In this document: positions 32,015 to 38,077 of the stretch, piece by piece | Layout: each line of letters opens with the position of its first letter | Numbering within the stretch: the stretch's first letter is position 1 | Source of the DNA: Candidatus Omnitrophota bacterium | GTDB taxonomy: Bacteria; Omnitrophota; Gorgyraeia; Zapsychrales; JAHFFX01 | DNA length: 38,077 nt | NCBI GenBank assembly: GCA_023247755.1 | Contig: JAHFFX010000002.1 | Location: 1-38,077, forward strand | Direction of reading: 5' to 3' | The notes under the pieces: generated by a model | Database searches by the model: none | Told to the model about the DNA's origin: nothing | The model's input: the letters and a program-made list of their open reading frames with translations, nothing else | Position numbers and translations under genes: made by a program

Positions 32015-33277
32015 ATGAAAACCAAACGACGCGTCGTAGTGACCGGGGTCGGCATCGTTTCCCCCAACGGGGTCGGGGCCGAGGCCTGCTACCGCAATAT
32101 GATCAACGGTGTGTCCGCCGTCAAAAGGGTGACCGAGTTCGACGTGTCGCTTTTTAACACCAAGATCGCGGCCCAGGTGCGGGATTTCGATCCATGGAAG
32201 CTGGGCCTCACCAGCGAAGAGATCGTGCGCATGGACCGCTACGTCCAGTTCGCGATGGTCGCCGCGCGCATGGCGATCGAGGATTCCAGATTGAACTTAA
32301 GCCAGGTGGACCGGGAGCGCACGGGCGTTTCGCTCGCCAACGCCATCTGCGGCACCAAATATATGGAAGAGGAGTTCGCGCTGGTGACCGACAGCGGCAA
32401 GAACCCGATCGACCCTTCGATCGTGCGTCCGGACCTGTATGATGCCTCCATGTTCAACACGCCCTCGAGCGAGATCTCGGCCAAGTACGGTCTGCTGGGA
32501 GTTTGCAATACGATCTCCACGGGCTGCACCGCCGGGACCGATTCCGTCGGGTTTTCCTATGAAGCCATTGCGGATGGGGAAGCTGATATCATGGTGACCG
32601 GAGCGGCAGAGGCGCCCATCACGCCGATCACCTTTGGCGCTTTCGATACCGTGAACGTCCTGTCGGTGCACAACGAATTTCCGGAAAAGGCTTCAAGGCC
32701 TTTCGACGCCCGTCGTAACGGGTTCGTGATTTCCGAGGGCGCAGGAATTATAGTGGTAGAAGAGCTCAATCACGCCCTCAAGCGCGGCGCCAGGATCTAT
32801 TGCGAAGTGACCGGCTTCGGCACGACGAATAATGCCTTTCACATGACCGACCTGCCCCCCGATGGGGACGCGATGGCGGATTGCATCAACCTTGCCATGC
32901 GGGATGCGGACCTCAAGCCCAGTGAACTCGATTACGTCAACGCGCACGGCTCTTCCACCCGCCAGAACGATGTGTTCGAGACCAGCGCCTACAAGATGGC
33001 GCTGGGAGAATACGCCTACAAGATCCCGATCAGTTCGGTGAAATCCATGATCGGGCATCCGCTGGCCGGGGCGAACGGCATCGAGATCGCTTTAAGCTCG
33101 ATGATCTTTGAGCGCAATATCTTGCCGCCAACGATCAACCAGGAAGAGAAGGACCCCCAATGCGATCTGGATTACATCCCCAACACGGCGCGGGAGAAGA
33201 AGGTGAATTCGATCCTCAAGACGAGCTCGGGATTCTCGGGGATTCATTCGGCTATGGTTTTAGAACGATTTAAATGA
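32015..33277 (+). CDS. beta-ketoacyl synthase, type II PKS KS-alpha-like
   Basis: AAGGAAA precedes the ATG. The active-site context ISTGCTAGTDSVG (Cys codon 32525-32527) resembles the PKS KS-alpha motif STGCTSGLD more than FabF. NAHGSST and SMIGHPLAGANG supply the two catalytic His residues. Confidence 0.88.
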   Translation: MKTKRRVVVTGVGIVSPNGVGAEACYRNMINGVSAVKRVTEFDVSLFNTKIAAQVRDFDPWKLGLTSEEIVRMDRYVQFAMVAARMAIEDSRLNLSQVDRERTGVSLANAICGTKYMEEEFALVTDSGKNPIDPSIVRPDLYDASMFNTPSSEISAKYGLLGVCNTISTGCTAGTDSVGFSYEAIADGEADIMVTGAAEAPITPITFGAFDTVNVLSVHNEFPEKASRPFDARRNGFVISEGAGIIVVEELNHALKRGARIYCEVTGFGTTNNAFHMTDLPPDGDAMADCINLAMRDADLKPSELDYVNAHGSSTRQNDVFETSAYKMALGEYAYKIPISSVKSMIGHPLAGANGIEIALSSMIFERNILPPTINQEEKDPQCDLDYIPNTAREKKVNSILKTSSGFSGIHSAMVLERFK

Positions 33278-33282
33278 TCATT

Positions 33283-33346
33283 GGTGATTCGTGCCTCGTG
33301 GCACGTCAACAAATCACGTGTCACGAGGCACGGAGCACGATACACA
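33283..33346. repeat. heptad-periodic inverted repeat element E4
   Basis: GGTG, CGTG, CGTG, CGTC occur at 33283, 33290, 33297 and 33304. CAC occurs at 33315, 33322, 33329, 33336 and 33343. The 17-bp stem 33290-33306/33316-33332 has a single G-T (G-U) pair and a 9-nt loop. Confidence 0.85.
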
Positions 33347-33365
33347 AATCAGGATTGGAGAAGTT

Positions 33366-34598
33366 ATGGAAAAGATCGCAATAACCGGGCTCGGCATCGT
33401 CAGCCCCAGCGGCATGGACAAACGCTCATTCTGGGCGAACCTGAAGGCGGGTCATTCCAAGGTTGAGAAGATCGAGCGCTTCGATGCCTCCCAATACCCT
33501 TCCCGCATCGCCGGCCATGTTCACGATCTGGACGCCTACAGCAACGTTTCCTCGCGGCTGCTTAAGAAGATCGACGTTTTCTCACACATGGCGCTGGTGG
33601 CTTCGGAGCTGGCGATCCAGGATGCCGCCATCGATATGGCGAAGGAGGATCTTAAGCGTGTGGGGATCTTCATGGGGAACGCCATCGGCGGCTGGCTGTA
33701 CGCCGAGACCGAGCTGCGCGATATGTATCTGGAAGGCCGGGAGGGCGTGAGCCCCTTCATGGCCTCGGCCTGGTTTCCCGCGGCCCCGCAAGGACAGGTT
33801 TCGATCCATTACGGGATCAAGGGCTACAGCAAGACGATCGTTTCCGACCGCGCTTCATCCTTGATGGCGATCGCCTATGCGGCCAAAAATCTTGAGCGGA
33901 ATAACAACGATCTGATCCTCGCCGGCGGCATGGAAGCGCCGGTCACTCCGTACGCGCTTTTGTGCTGCAATACTTCCGGGGTGCTTACGAAGCGCAACGA
34001 TGAGGCGGAAACCGCCTATCGCCCTTTTGACAAGACCCGCGACGGGATGGCGATCGCGGAAGGGGCGGGAATTCTGACCCTGGAGACCGGGGAGCGCGCC
34101 GGCAAGCGCAAGGCCCACGCTTATGGATATATCACCGGTTTCGGCACGACGACCGACGGGGTGGACCGCATCGAACCGGCCGCCGACGGCAAACAGCTTG
34201 CCCGCGCCATCCGCATGGCGCTGGATGACGCGAAGCTCGATCCCAAGGACATCGACTATATTTGCGCCGACGGCGCCGGAACGGTCATCGGCGATATCTC
34301 GGAGACGAAAGCGATCAAGCAGGTCTTTAACGGCAATGCCCAAAAGATCCCCGTCTCCGCCCCAAAATCGATGTTCGGGAATCTGCTGGGGGCGTCGGGC
34401 GCGCTCGATGTGATCCTGACACTGTTGTCCATGGAACATTCGACCGTTCTGCCCACGATCAATTATCTTAAGGCCGATCCGGAGTGCGATCTGGATTATT
34501 GTCCCAACAAGGCGCAGGCGAAAGAAATAAGGAACGCTTTGGTCATTAACCGCGGCCGGGGCGGGATCAACGCCGTCCTGGTGCTACAAAAGAATTAA
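33366..34598 (+). CDS. KS-beta / chain-length-factor-like ketosynthase paralogue lacking the Cys-His-His triad
   Basis: The ATG at 33366 follows GGAG (33357-60); the ORF-track start at 33291 lies in E4. Aligned to the upstream KS, Cys becomes Arg (TIVSDRASS, codon 33849-33851), the first His becomes Asp (CADGAGT) and the second His becomes Asn (KSMFGNLLGASG). Confidence 0.85.
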   Translation: MEKIAITGLGIVSPSGMDKRSFWANLKAGHSKVEKIERFDASQYPSRIAGHVHDLDAYSNVSSRLLKKIDVFSHMALVASELAIQDAAIDMAKEDLKRVGIFMGNAIGGWLYAETELRDMYLEGREGVSPFMASAWFPAAPQGQVSIHYGIKGYSKTIVSDRASSLMAIAYAAKNLERNNNDLILAGGMEAPVTPYALLCCNTSGVLTKRNDEAETAYRPFDKTRDGMAIAEGAGILTLETGERAGKRKAHAYGYITGFGTTTDGVDRIEPAADGKQLARAIRMALDDAKLDPKDIDYICADGAGTVIGDISETKAIKQVFNGNAQKIPVSAPKSMFGNLLGASGALDVILTLLSMEHSTVLPTINYLKADPECDLDYCPNKAQAKEIRNALVINRGRGGINAVLVLQKN

Positions 34599-34659
34599 AA
34601 AGCGTCCCTTAACCCTGCAAGGGGAAAGGGACGCCGTTCTCGTGTTGCAGAAAAGTTAG
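34599..34659 (+). repeat. degenerate tandem copy of the last ~60 nt of the KS-beta gene (non-coding relic)
   Basis: 34632-34659 (cgccgttctcgtgttgcagaaaagttag, reading A V L V L Q K S *) matches 34571-34598 (cgccgtcctggtgctacaaaagaattaa, reading A V L V L Q K N *). TTAACC at 34609 corresponds to 34546. The region contains the hairpin GCGTCCCTT (34602-10) / AAGGGACGC (34626-34). Confidence 0.7.
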
Positions 34660-34665
34660 CTAAGG

Positions 34666-34707
34666 GTCGACAGCCCACTGTCGTCGGTCGACCGTGGTCC
34701 ATGGACT
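34666..34707. repeat. heptad-periodic element E5 (variant motif)
   Basis: GTCGAC-a, GCCCAC-t, GTCGTC-g, GTCGAC-c, GTGGTC-c, ATGGAC-t start at 34666, 34673, 34680, 34687, 34694 and 34701. It contains the small hairpin CGACAG ccca CTGTCG and the palindrome GTCCATGGAC. Confidence 0.6.
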
Positions 34708-34738
34708 CAATGAGAATCAAACCATAGGAGGTTTACTC

Positions 34739-34996
34739 GTGTCAACAGACCAACAGACCACCACCATCGAACAACGCATCAAAGCGATCTTCAACAAGGT
34801 CCTCGATATCGCTCCGGAAGAGGTCAAGCCCGATGACAAGCTCGACGCGTCGCTCGGCATCGACTCCACGGAAATGGTGGAGATCTCGGTGGGATTAAAG
34901 AAGGAGTTCGGCGTGCCGATCGCGGATAATGAGATCAAGAAGACGCACACGTTCAATGAGATCGTTGGGATCCTGAGAACCAAGGGCGCCCGGTAA
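34739..34996 (+). CDS. acyl carrier protein
   Basis: GTG at 34739 lies 7 nt after AGGAGG (34726-31). The phosphopantetheine site is in LGIDSTEMVEISVGLKKEFGV. Confidence 0.85.
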   Translation: MSTDQQTTTIEQRIKAIFNKVLDIAPEEVKPDDKLDASLGIDSTEMVEISVGLKKEFGVPIADNEIKKTHTFNEIVGILRTKGAR

Positions 34997-35008
34997 CAAG
35001 GATTTAGC

Positions 35009-35812
35009 ATGAAGATCATCGACCTGAGCCTTCCCATTGACGATTCCCTTGTGGAGACCCACGATGCCAAGATCGAGCGCATCACGCACGCCGCCGGGGT
35101 GGAGCACTTCAATTGGGTGGTGATGAGTAAACAGCCCAATGGGCAGGAGCGTTTCGACCGGGGCGAGCGGGTCGCGACCGCCGATGAGATCCCCGACGGC
35201 GAAATGCTGTCCTTGGAGATCGTCAATTCTTCCGTCCACATGGGTTCACATGTGGACGCGCCGTTCCATTACGGGTCCACCTGCGAAGGCAAACCCGCCA
35301 AGCAGATCATGGACATTCCCCTGGAATGGTGTTACGGCCCCGGGGTCGTTCTCGATTTCACCTACCTTAAATTTCCCGAATTCATCACGAAAGACCATAT
35401 CGTCGCCGCGCTTAAGAAGATCGATTACCGGCTTACGCCCGGCGACATCGTTCTTCTATATACCGGCGGCGACAAGCTGCTGGGCACGGATGACTACGTC
35501 AACAAATACGTCGGCTGTGTCCCCAGCGCCATTGAATACCTGCTGGATGCCGGCATCAAGATGATGGGCATCGACACCATCGGCCTCGACCGGCCGTGCT
35601 TCCTCATGTTCAAAGAATTCCTCGCGACCAAGGACCGGTCCAAGATATGGCCGTGCCATTTTCTGGGGCGGCGCCGCGAGTACTGTCATATGGAGCGATT
35701 AGGGAATCTTGGAGCTATTCCAAAACCGTTTGGCTTTAAGGTGTCGTGCTTGCCGGTTAAAGTGAGGAATGCCGGAGCAGGTTGGGCCAGGGTAGTAGCA
35801 ATCTTTGACTAG
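35009..35812 (+). CDS. 'putative cyclase' family metal-dependent enzyme (kynurenine-formamidase/polyketide-cyclase family)
   Basis: The family motif HxGxHxDxPxH is present as HMGSHVDAPFH. The C-terminal ...LGNLGAIPKPFGFKVSCLPVKVRNAGAGWARVVAI is typical of the family. Confidence 0.85.
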   Translation: MKIIDLSLPIDDSLVETHDAKIERITHAAGVEHFNWVVMSKQPNGQERFDRGERVATADEIPDGEMLSLEIVNSSVHMGSHVDAPFHYGSTCEGKPAKQIMDIPLEWCYGPGVVLDFTYLKFPEFITKDHIVAALKKIDYRLTPGDIVLLYTGGDKLLGTDDYVNKYVGCVPSAIEYLLDAGIKMMGIDTIGLDRPCFLMFKEFLATKDRSKIWPCHFLGRRREYCHMERLGNLGAIPKPFGFKVSCLPVKVRNAGAGWARVVAIFD

Positions 35813-35819
35813 GGCCGTC

Positions 35820-35866
35820 CGCCAATCCGCAGAAGCGGATTGGCGAGATCTCGCCATCCGCCTTTT
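35820..35866 (+). terminator. double hairpin plus short T-run after the cyclase gene (terminator-like)
   Basis: CGCCAATCCGC agaa GCGGATTGGCG forms an 11-bp stem. The palindrome GGCGAGATCTCGCC follows at 35842-35855, then ...CCTTTTC. Confidence 0.4.
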
Positions 35867-35951
35867 CAATGAGTTTATTGGAGCGGATGGCGGGCTGGGG
35901 CTGGTTGGGCGCGGGTCGTTGCAATCGTCGATTATTAAAAGGGGGGGCGCA

Positions 35952-36143
35952 ATGAAGAAATTCTACCGTTCCGAAACCAACAAGAAGATCATGGGTGTCT
36001 GCGGAGGCCTGGGCGAGTATTTCGGCATCGACCCGGTGATCCTGAGGATCGTTTTCGTCGTGCTGGCCCTTGCTGGGGGATTCGGCTTGCTCATCTACAT
36101 CGTGATGGGGGTCCTCTTGCCGCCGAAATCGAAGGTCTCCTGA
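35952..36143 (+). CDS. PspC-domain membrane protein
   Basis: MKKFYRSETNKKIMGVCGGLGEYFGIDPVILRIVFVVLALAGGFGLLIYIV. The longer ORF-track N-terminus covers the terminator hairpins and was discounted. Confidence 0.8.
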   Translation: MKKFYRSETNKKIMGVCGGLGEYFGIDPVILRIVFVVLALAGGFGLLIYIVMGVLLPPKSKVS

Positions 36144-36151
36144 TCGCGCCG

Positions 36152-36808
36152 ATGGAACTTTCTTTTAAAGATCTTCCCTCAAGCAAGAACCTTCTGAACG
36201 TCGCCTGGATCGCTGTCCTGCTGGGCATCGGAATGGAGATCATCCTTTTGATCGTCGCGGCCGGGTTCAAGAAGTTCCCGGCGGTCAATGTCATCGTGGC
36301 GGAGCTGATTCAGAAAACTTCCTGGTCGACCATTGTCTGCGTGGGAGTGGCGGCCGGTCTCAGCATCGGGAAAATGAACCCGCCGGTGGCGGGTCTGGCG
36401 GGACTCGTGTCCGCTCCAATCGCATTCAGTATCGCCAAGGGCCTTCATAAGGCGGCGGCCCACACCTTGTCGGTCTCCTTGCCGGCGGGCGGAGGCGCGT
36501 TGCCATTTCTGCTGATGGCGATCAAGGCGCTGGAATACGGGACGCTAGGTTGGTTATTGACGGCGCTGGACAGGAAGCTCACCCAGAATCCGTGGTTCTT
36601 CCTGCTTTCGGGGTTGATCGTGGGAGTGGTCTTTGGCGGGGGTGCCCTGGTCCTCATGGTCACTCAGTCCGCTGAGCCCATTCCTTTCCCGGGGATCGTT
36701 TCCCGGGGCGTTGTTCGCTGGTGTTGTATTTCGCGCAGCGGTTCGATGAGCGCTTCCTCAGAAATGCAAAATGAATCGGGGGAAGCGCGAAATCGCACCG
36801 CCTTGTAA
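36152..36808 (+). CDS. hypothetical multi-pass membrane protein (the C-terminal ~35 codons are of doubtful frame)
   Basis: There are five or six hydrophobic segments and I recognise no family. See the finding on 36685-36808. Confidence 0.55.
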   Translation: MELSFKDLPSSKNLLNVAWIAVLLGIGMEIILLIVAAGFKKFPAVNVIVAELIQKTSWSTIVCVGVAAGLSIGKMNPPVAGLAGLVSAPIAFSIAKGLHKAAAHTLSVSLPAGGGALPFLLMAIKALEYGTLGWLLTALDRKLTQNPWFFLLSGLIVGVVFGGGALVLMVTQSAEPIPFPGIVSRGVVRWCCISRSGSMSASSEMQNESGEARNRTAL

Positions 36809-36845
36809 GAGGAGTTGGCGGTGCGGGGCTGAAGGGATCCTTAAG

Positions 36846-37172
36846 ATGCGCATTCAAATTTTGGGCGGGATTTTGTTTATAGTGACGCTGGGGCTCCTTT
36901 TCAAATCTGACCTGGTCTCCGCCGAGCCTCCGCAGACCGCCGATCCTGCCTGGTTTCAGTGCGCCCAGGATGCAGACTGTGTTGTGCTCGAGGGTGAGTG
37001 CGGCTGGCGGGCGGTCAACAAAACTTACACCGATGCGGCCCAGCGGTTTTTTGATTATTTGAGACCGATGGTGGAATGTGCCGAAGGCGGCTACCCCGAA
37101 CCCCGTCCGCCGGCGGTATGCCGACAGCGGCAGTGTGCGGTCCCGGAGAAGGACGAAGGGTTGGGCGAATAA
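36846..37172 (+). CDS. small secreted cysteine-rich protein (6 Cys)
   Basis: It starts at the ATG at 36846. The signal peptide is MRIQILGGILFIVTLGLLFKSDLVSA|EPP, and the mature part has six Cys. Confidence 0.55.
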   Translation: MRIQILGGILFIVTLGLLFKSDLVSAEPPQTADPAWFQCAQDADCVVLEGECGWRAVNKTYTDAAQRFFDYLRPMVECAEGGYPEPRPPAVCRQRQCAVPEKDEGLGE

Positions 37173-37192
37173 CGTCGAGGGGAGACCATATC

Positions 37193-37609
37193 ATGTTCGG
37201 ACCGATCGTAAGAACTTATAAAATCGCCGCTATTTCCCGGGACCTTGATCCCAACACGCTGATGAAATTGACGGCGCAGGGGGACTCGCAGGTTTTGCTG
37301 ACCGATGCCAACCGAAGGACCCGGGCCCAGCAGGCGTTGTGGGATCTCATCGAGGGCGACCGGGAGCTCAAGCCGATCCTGGAAAAGTATCAGGTAAAAC
37401 GGGAAGACCTCGCCGTTATCTTTAAAAATCTGGTGCAGTGCGGGTCGGGACAATGGATCAATGAGCAGTTGATCTGTGTTTCCGCGTTCGTCCATCCGGC
37501 CACCCTGGATTTTCTGTTGCGTCACAAGAATGAGATCCCTCTTTCCCGGGTCGCGCTGCGGCTGGTGAAGTATTTCAAGAATGAAGAGGAAGGGGATATC
37601 CCCGAGTGA
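37193..37609 (+). CDS. hypothetical cytoplasmic protein
   Basis: The ATG at 37193 follows GGGGAG (37178-83). I recognise no family. Confidence 0.5.
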   Translation: MFGPIVRTYKIAAISRDLDPNTLMKLTAQGDSQVLLTDANRRTRAQQALWDLIEGDRELKPILEKYQVKREDLAVIFKNLVQCGSGQWINEQLICVSAFVHPATLDFLLRHKNEIPLSRVALRLVKYFKNEEEGDIPE

Positions 37610-38067
37610 ACCAGATCGATCCGCAACAATTGCGCCAGGCCCATCGGTCGGCGGTCATCATCGCCGCGGCCCTGGTCAACGGCTGTGTGCTCTTTGGAGC
37701 CATGATCTTCTTCCTGGCGCAAAAAAGCGTGGCGGCCGCGGGGGATTACGGTTTGATCCGGGTCTTGGCCATAGGTATGGGTGGCGGGGCACTGCTGGGC
37801 TCGTTCGCTTCCAAGAAGATCGCCCTGCAGCGGCGGGAAACAGGTTCTTCGCAGAAAAAAGATACGGTCGCGCTTGCGGTGCGCCTGACCACCTCGATGC
37901 TGGTCGCCTTGGCGATGGTGGAGGGGGCGGTCCTGTTCGGACTTACCGTGGCGTTCCTTTCCCGCAACCCGGCCGACCTGATCGTCCCGGCGGTGATCGG
38001 GGTCATCGGCTTCGCCGCGCATTTCCCGCGCTACGACCATTGGGAGAACTGGGCGCGGGAACAGTAA
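37606..38067 (+). CDS. hypothetical membrane protein (about 4 TM segments)
   Basis: The GTG start overlaps the upstream stop (GTGA). Hydrophobic segments include AVIIAAALVNGCVLFGAMIFFL, VLAIGMGGGALLGSF, MLVALAMVEGAVLFGLTVAFL and IVPAVIGVIGFAA. Confidence 0.55.
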   Translation: MNQIDPQQLRQAHRSAVIIAAALVNGCVLFGAMIFFLAQKSVAAAGDYGLIRVLAIGMGGGALLGSFASKKIALQRRETGSSQKKDTVALAVRLTTSMLVALAMVEGAVLFGLTVAFLSRNPADLIVPAVIGVIGFAAHFPRYDHWENWAREQ

Positions 38068-38069
38068 TT

Positions 38070-38077
38070 CGTGACTC
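38070..38077. repeat. probable start of another heptad element, cut by the window edge
   Basis: CGTGACTC lies directly after the last stop codon and is identical to the start of the E2 left arm (aCGTGACTCGTGATC). Confidence 0.3.

Noticed and set aside
32015-34996. Housekeeping fatty-acid synthesis (FabF/FabB + AcpP).
   Set aside because: No fabD, fabG, fabZ, fabI or fabH is adjacent. The second KS lacks the whole catalytic triad, and the first KS has a PKS-type active-site context.
1-38077. A mobile element, prophage or genomic-island signature.
   Set aside because: I found no integrase, transposase, tRNA gene or flanking long direct repeats. The AT-rich spacers (4187-4447, 21815-22023) look like promoter regions.

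Overview
This is a moderately GC-rich bacterial window. I could not assign a taxon, and I saw no rRNA, tRNA, CRISPR array, transposase or integrase. Every gene I can support (about 35) lies on the + strand.

(1) Positions 1-12.3 kb hold an ApbE fragment and an alpha-glucan/glycogen block: a GlgP-like phosphorylase, GlgB, a GH57 enzyme and MalQ. The block is interrupted by thyA-folA, a REC-EAL regulator and a small winged-helix protein.

(2) Positions 12.3-21.8 kb hold envelope and miscellaneous genes. These are two lipoproteins with near-leaderless extended -10 promoters, hldD, a ~650-aa membrane-anchored coiled-coil protein, a Zn-ADH, a large polytopic membrane protein, an orphan LsrF-like aldolase, two tandem CxxC-less thioredoxin-fold paralogues and PadR.

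(3) Positions 22.0-35.8 kb are the most interesting part. A tightly packed 14-gene block starts behind a strong promoter with a PadR-type palindrome. It combines:
- an acyl-CoA ligase;
- a DHAP-shunt-like 5'-deoxynucleoside salvage set (nucleoside phosphorylase, MtnA-like isomerase, a half-length isomerase paralogue, a class II aldolase fused to SCP2, and an aldehyde dehydrogenase);
- a B12-radical-SAM enzyme with a PCP_red-like partner;
- SRPBCC and ApbA/PanE-type reductase proteins;
- a type II PKS-like KS-alpha, a triad-less KS-beta, an ACP and an HxGxHxDxPxH cyclase.

I know of no characterised cluster with this composition. Its intercistronic gaps are occupied by an unusual family of 7-nt-periodic inverted-repeat elements, (GTSAC-NN)n or (CGTG-NNN)n facing (CACG-NNN)n. 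One more copy starts at the window's 3' edge.

(4) Positions 35.9-38.1 kb hold a PspC-domain protein and small membrane or secreted hypotheticals.

All calls rest on reading motifs in the supplied translations and on manual repeat and hairpin inspection. No database search was run.
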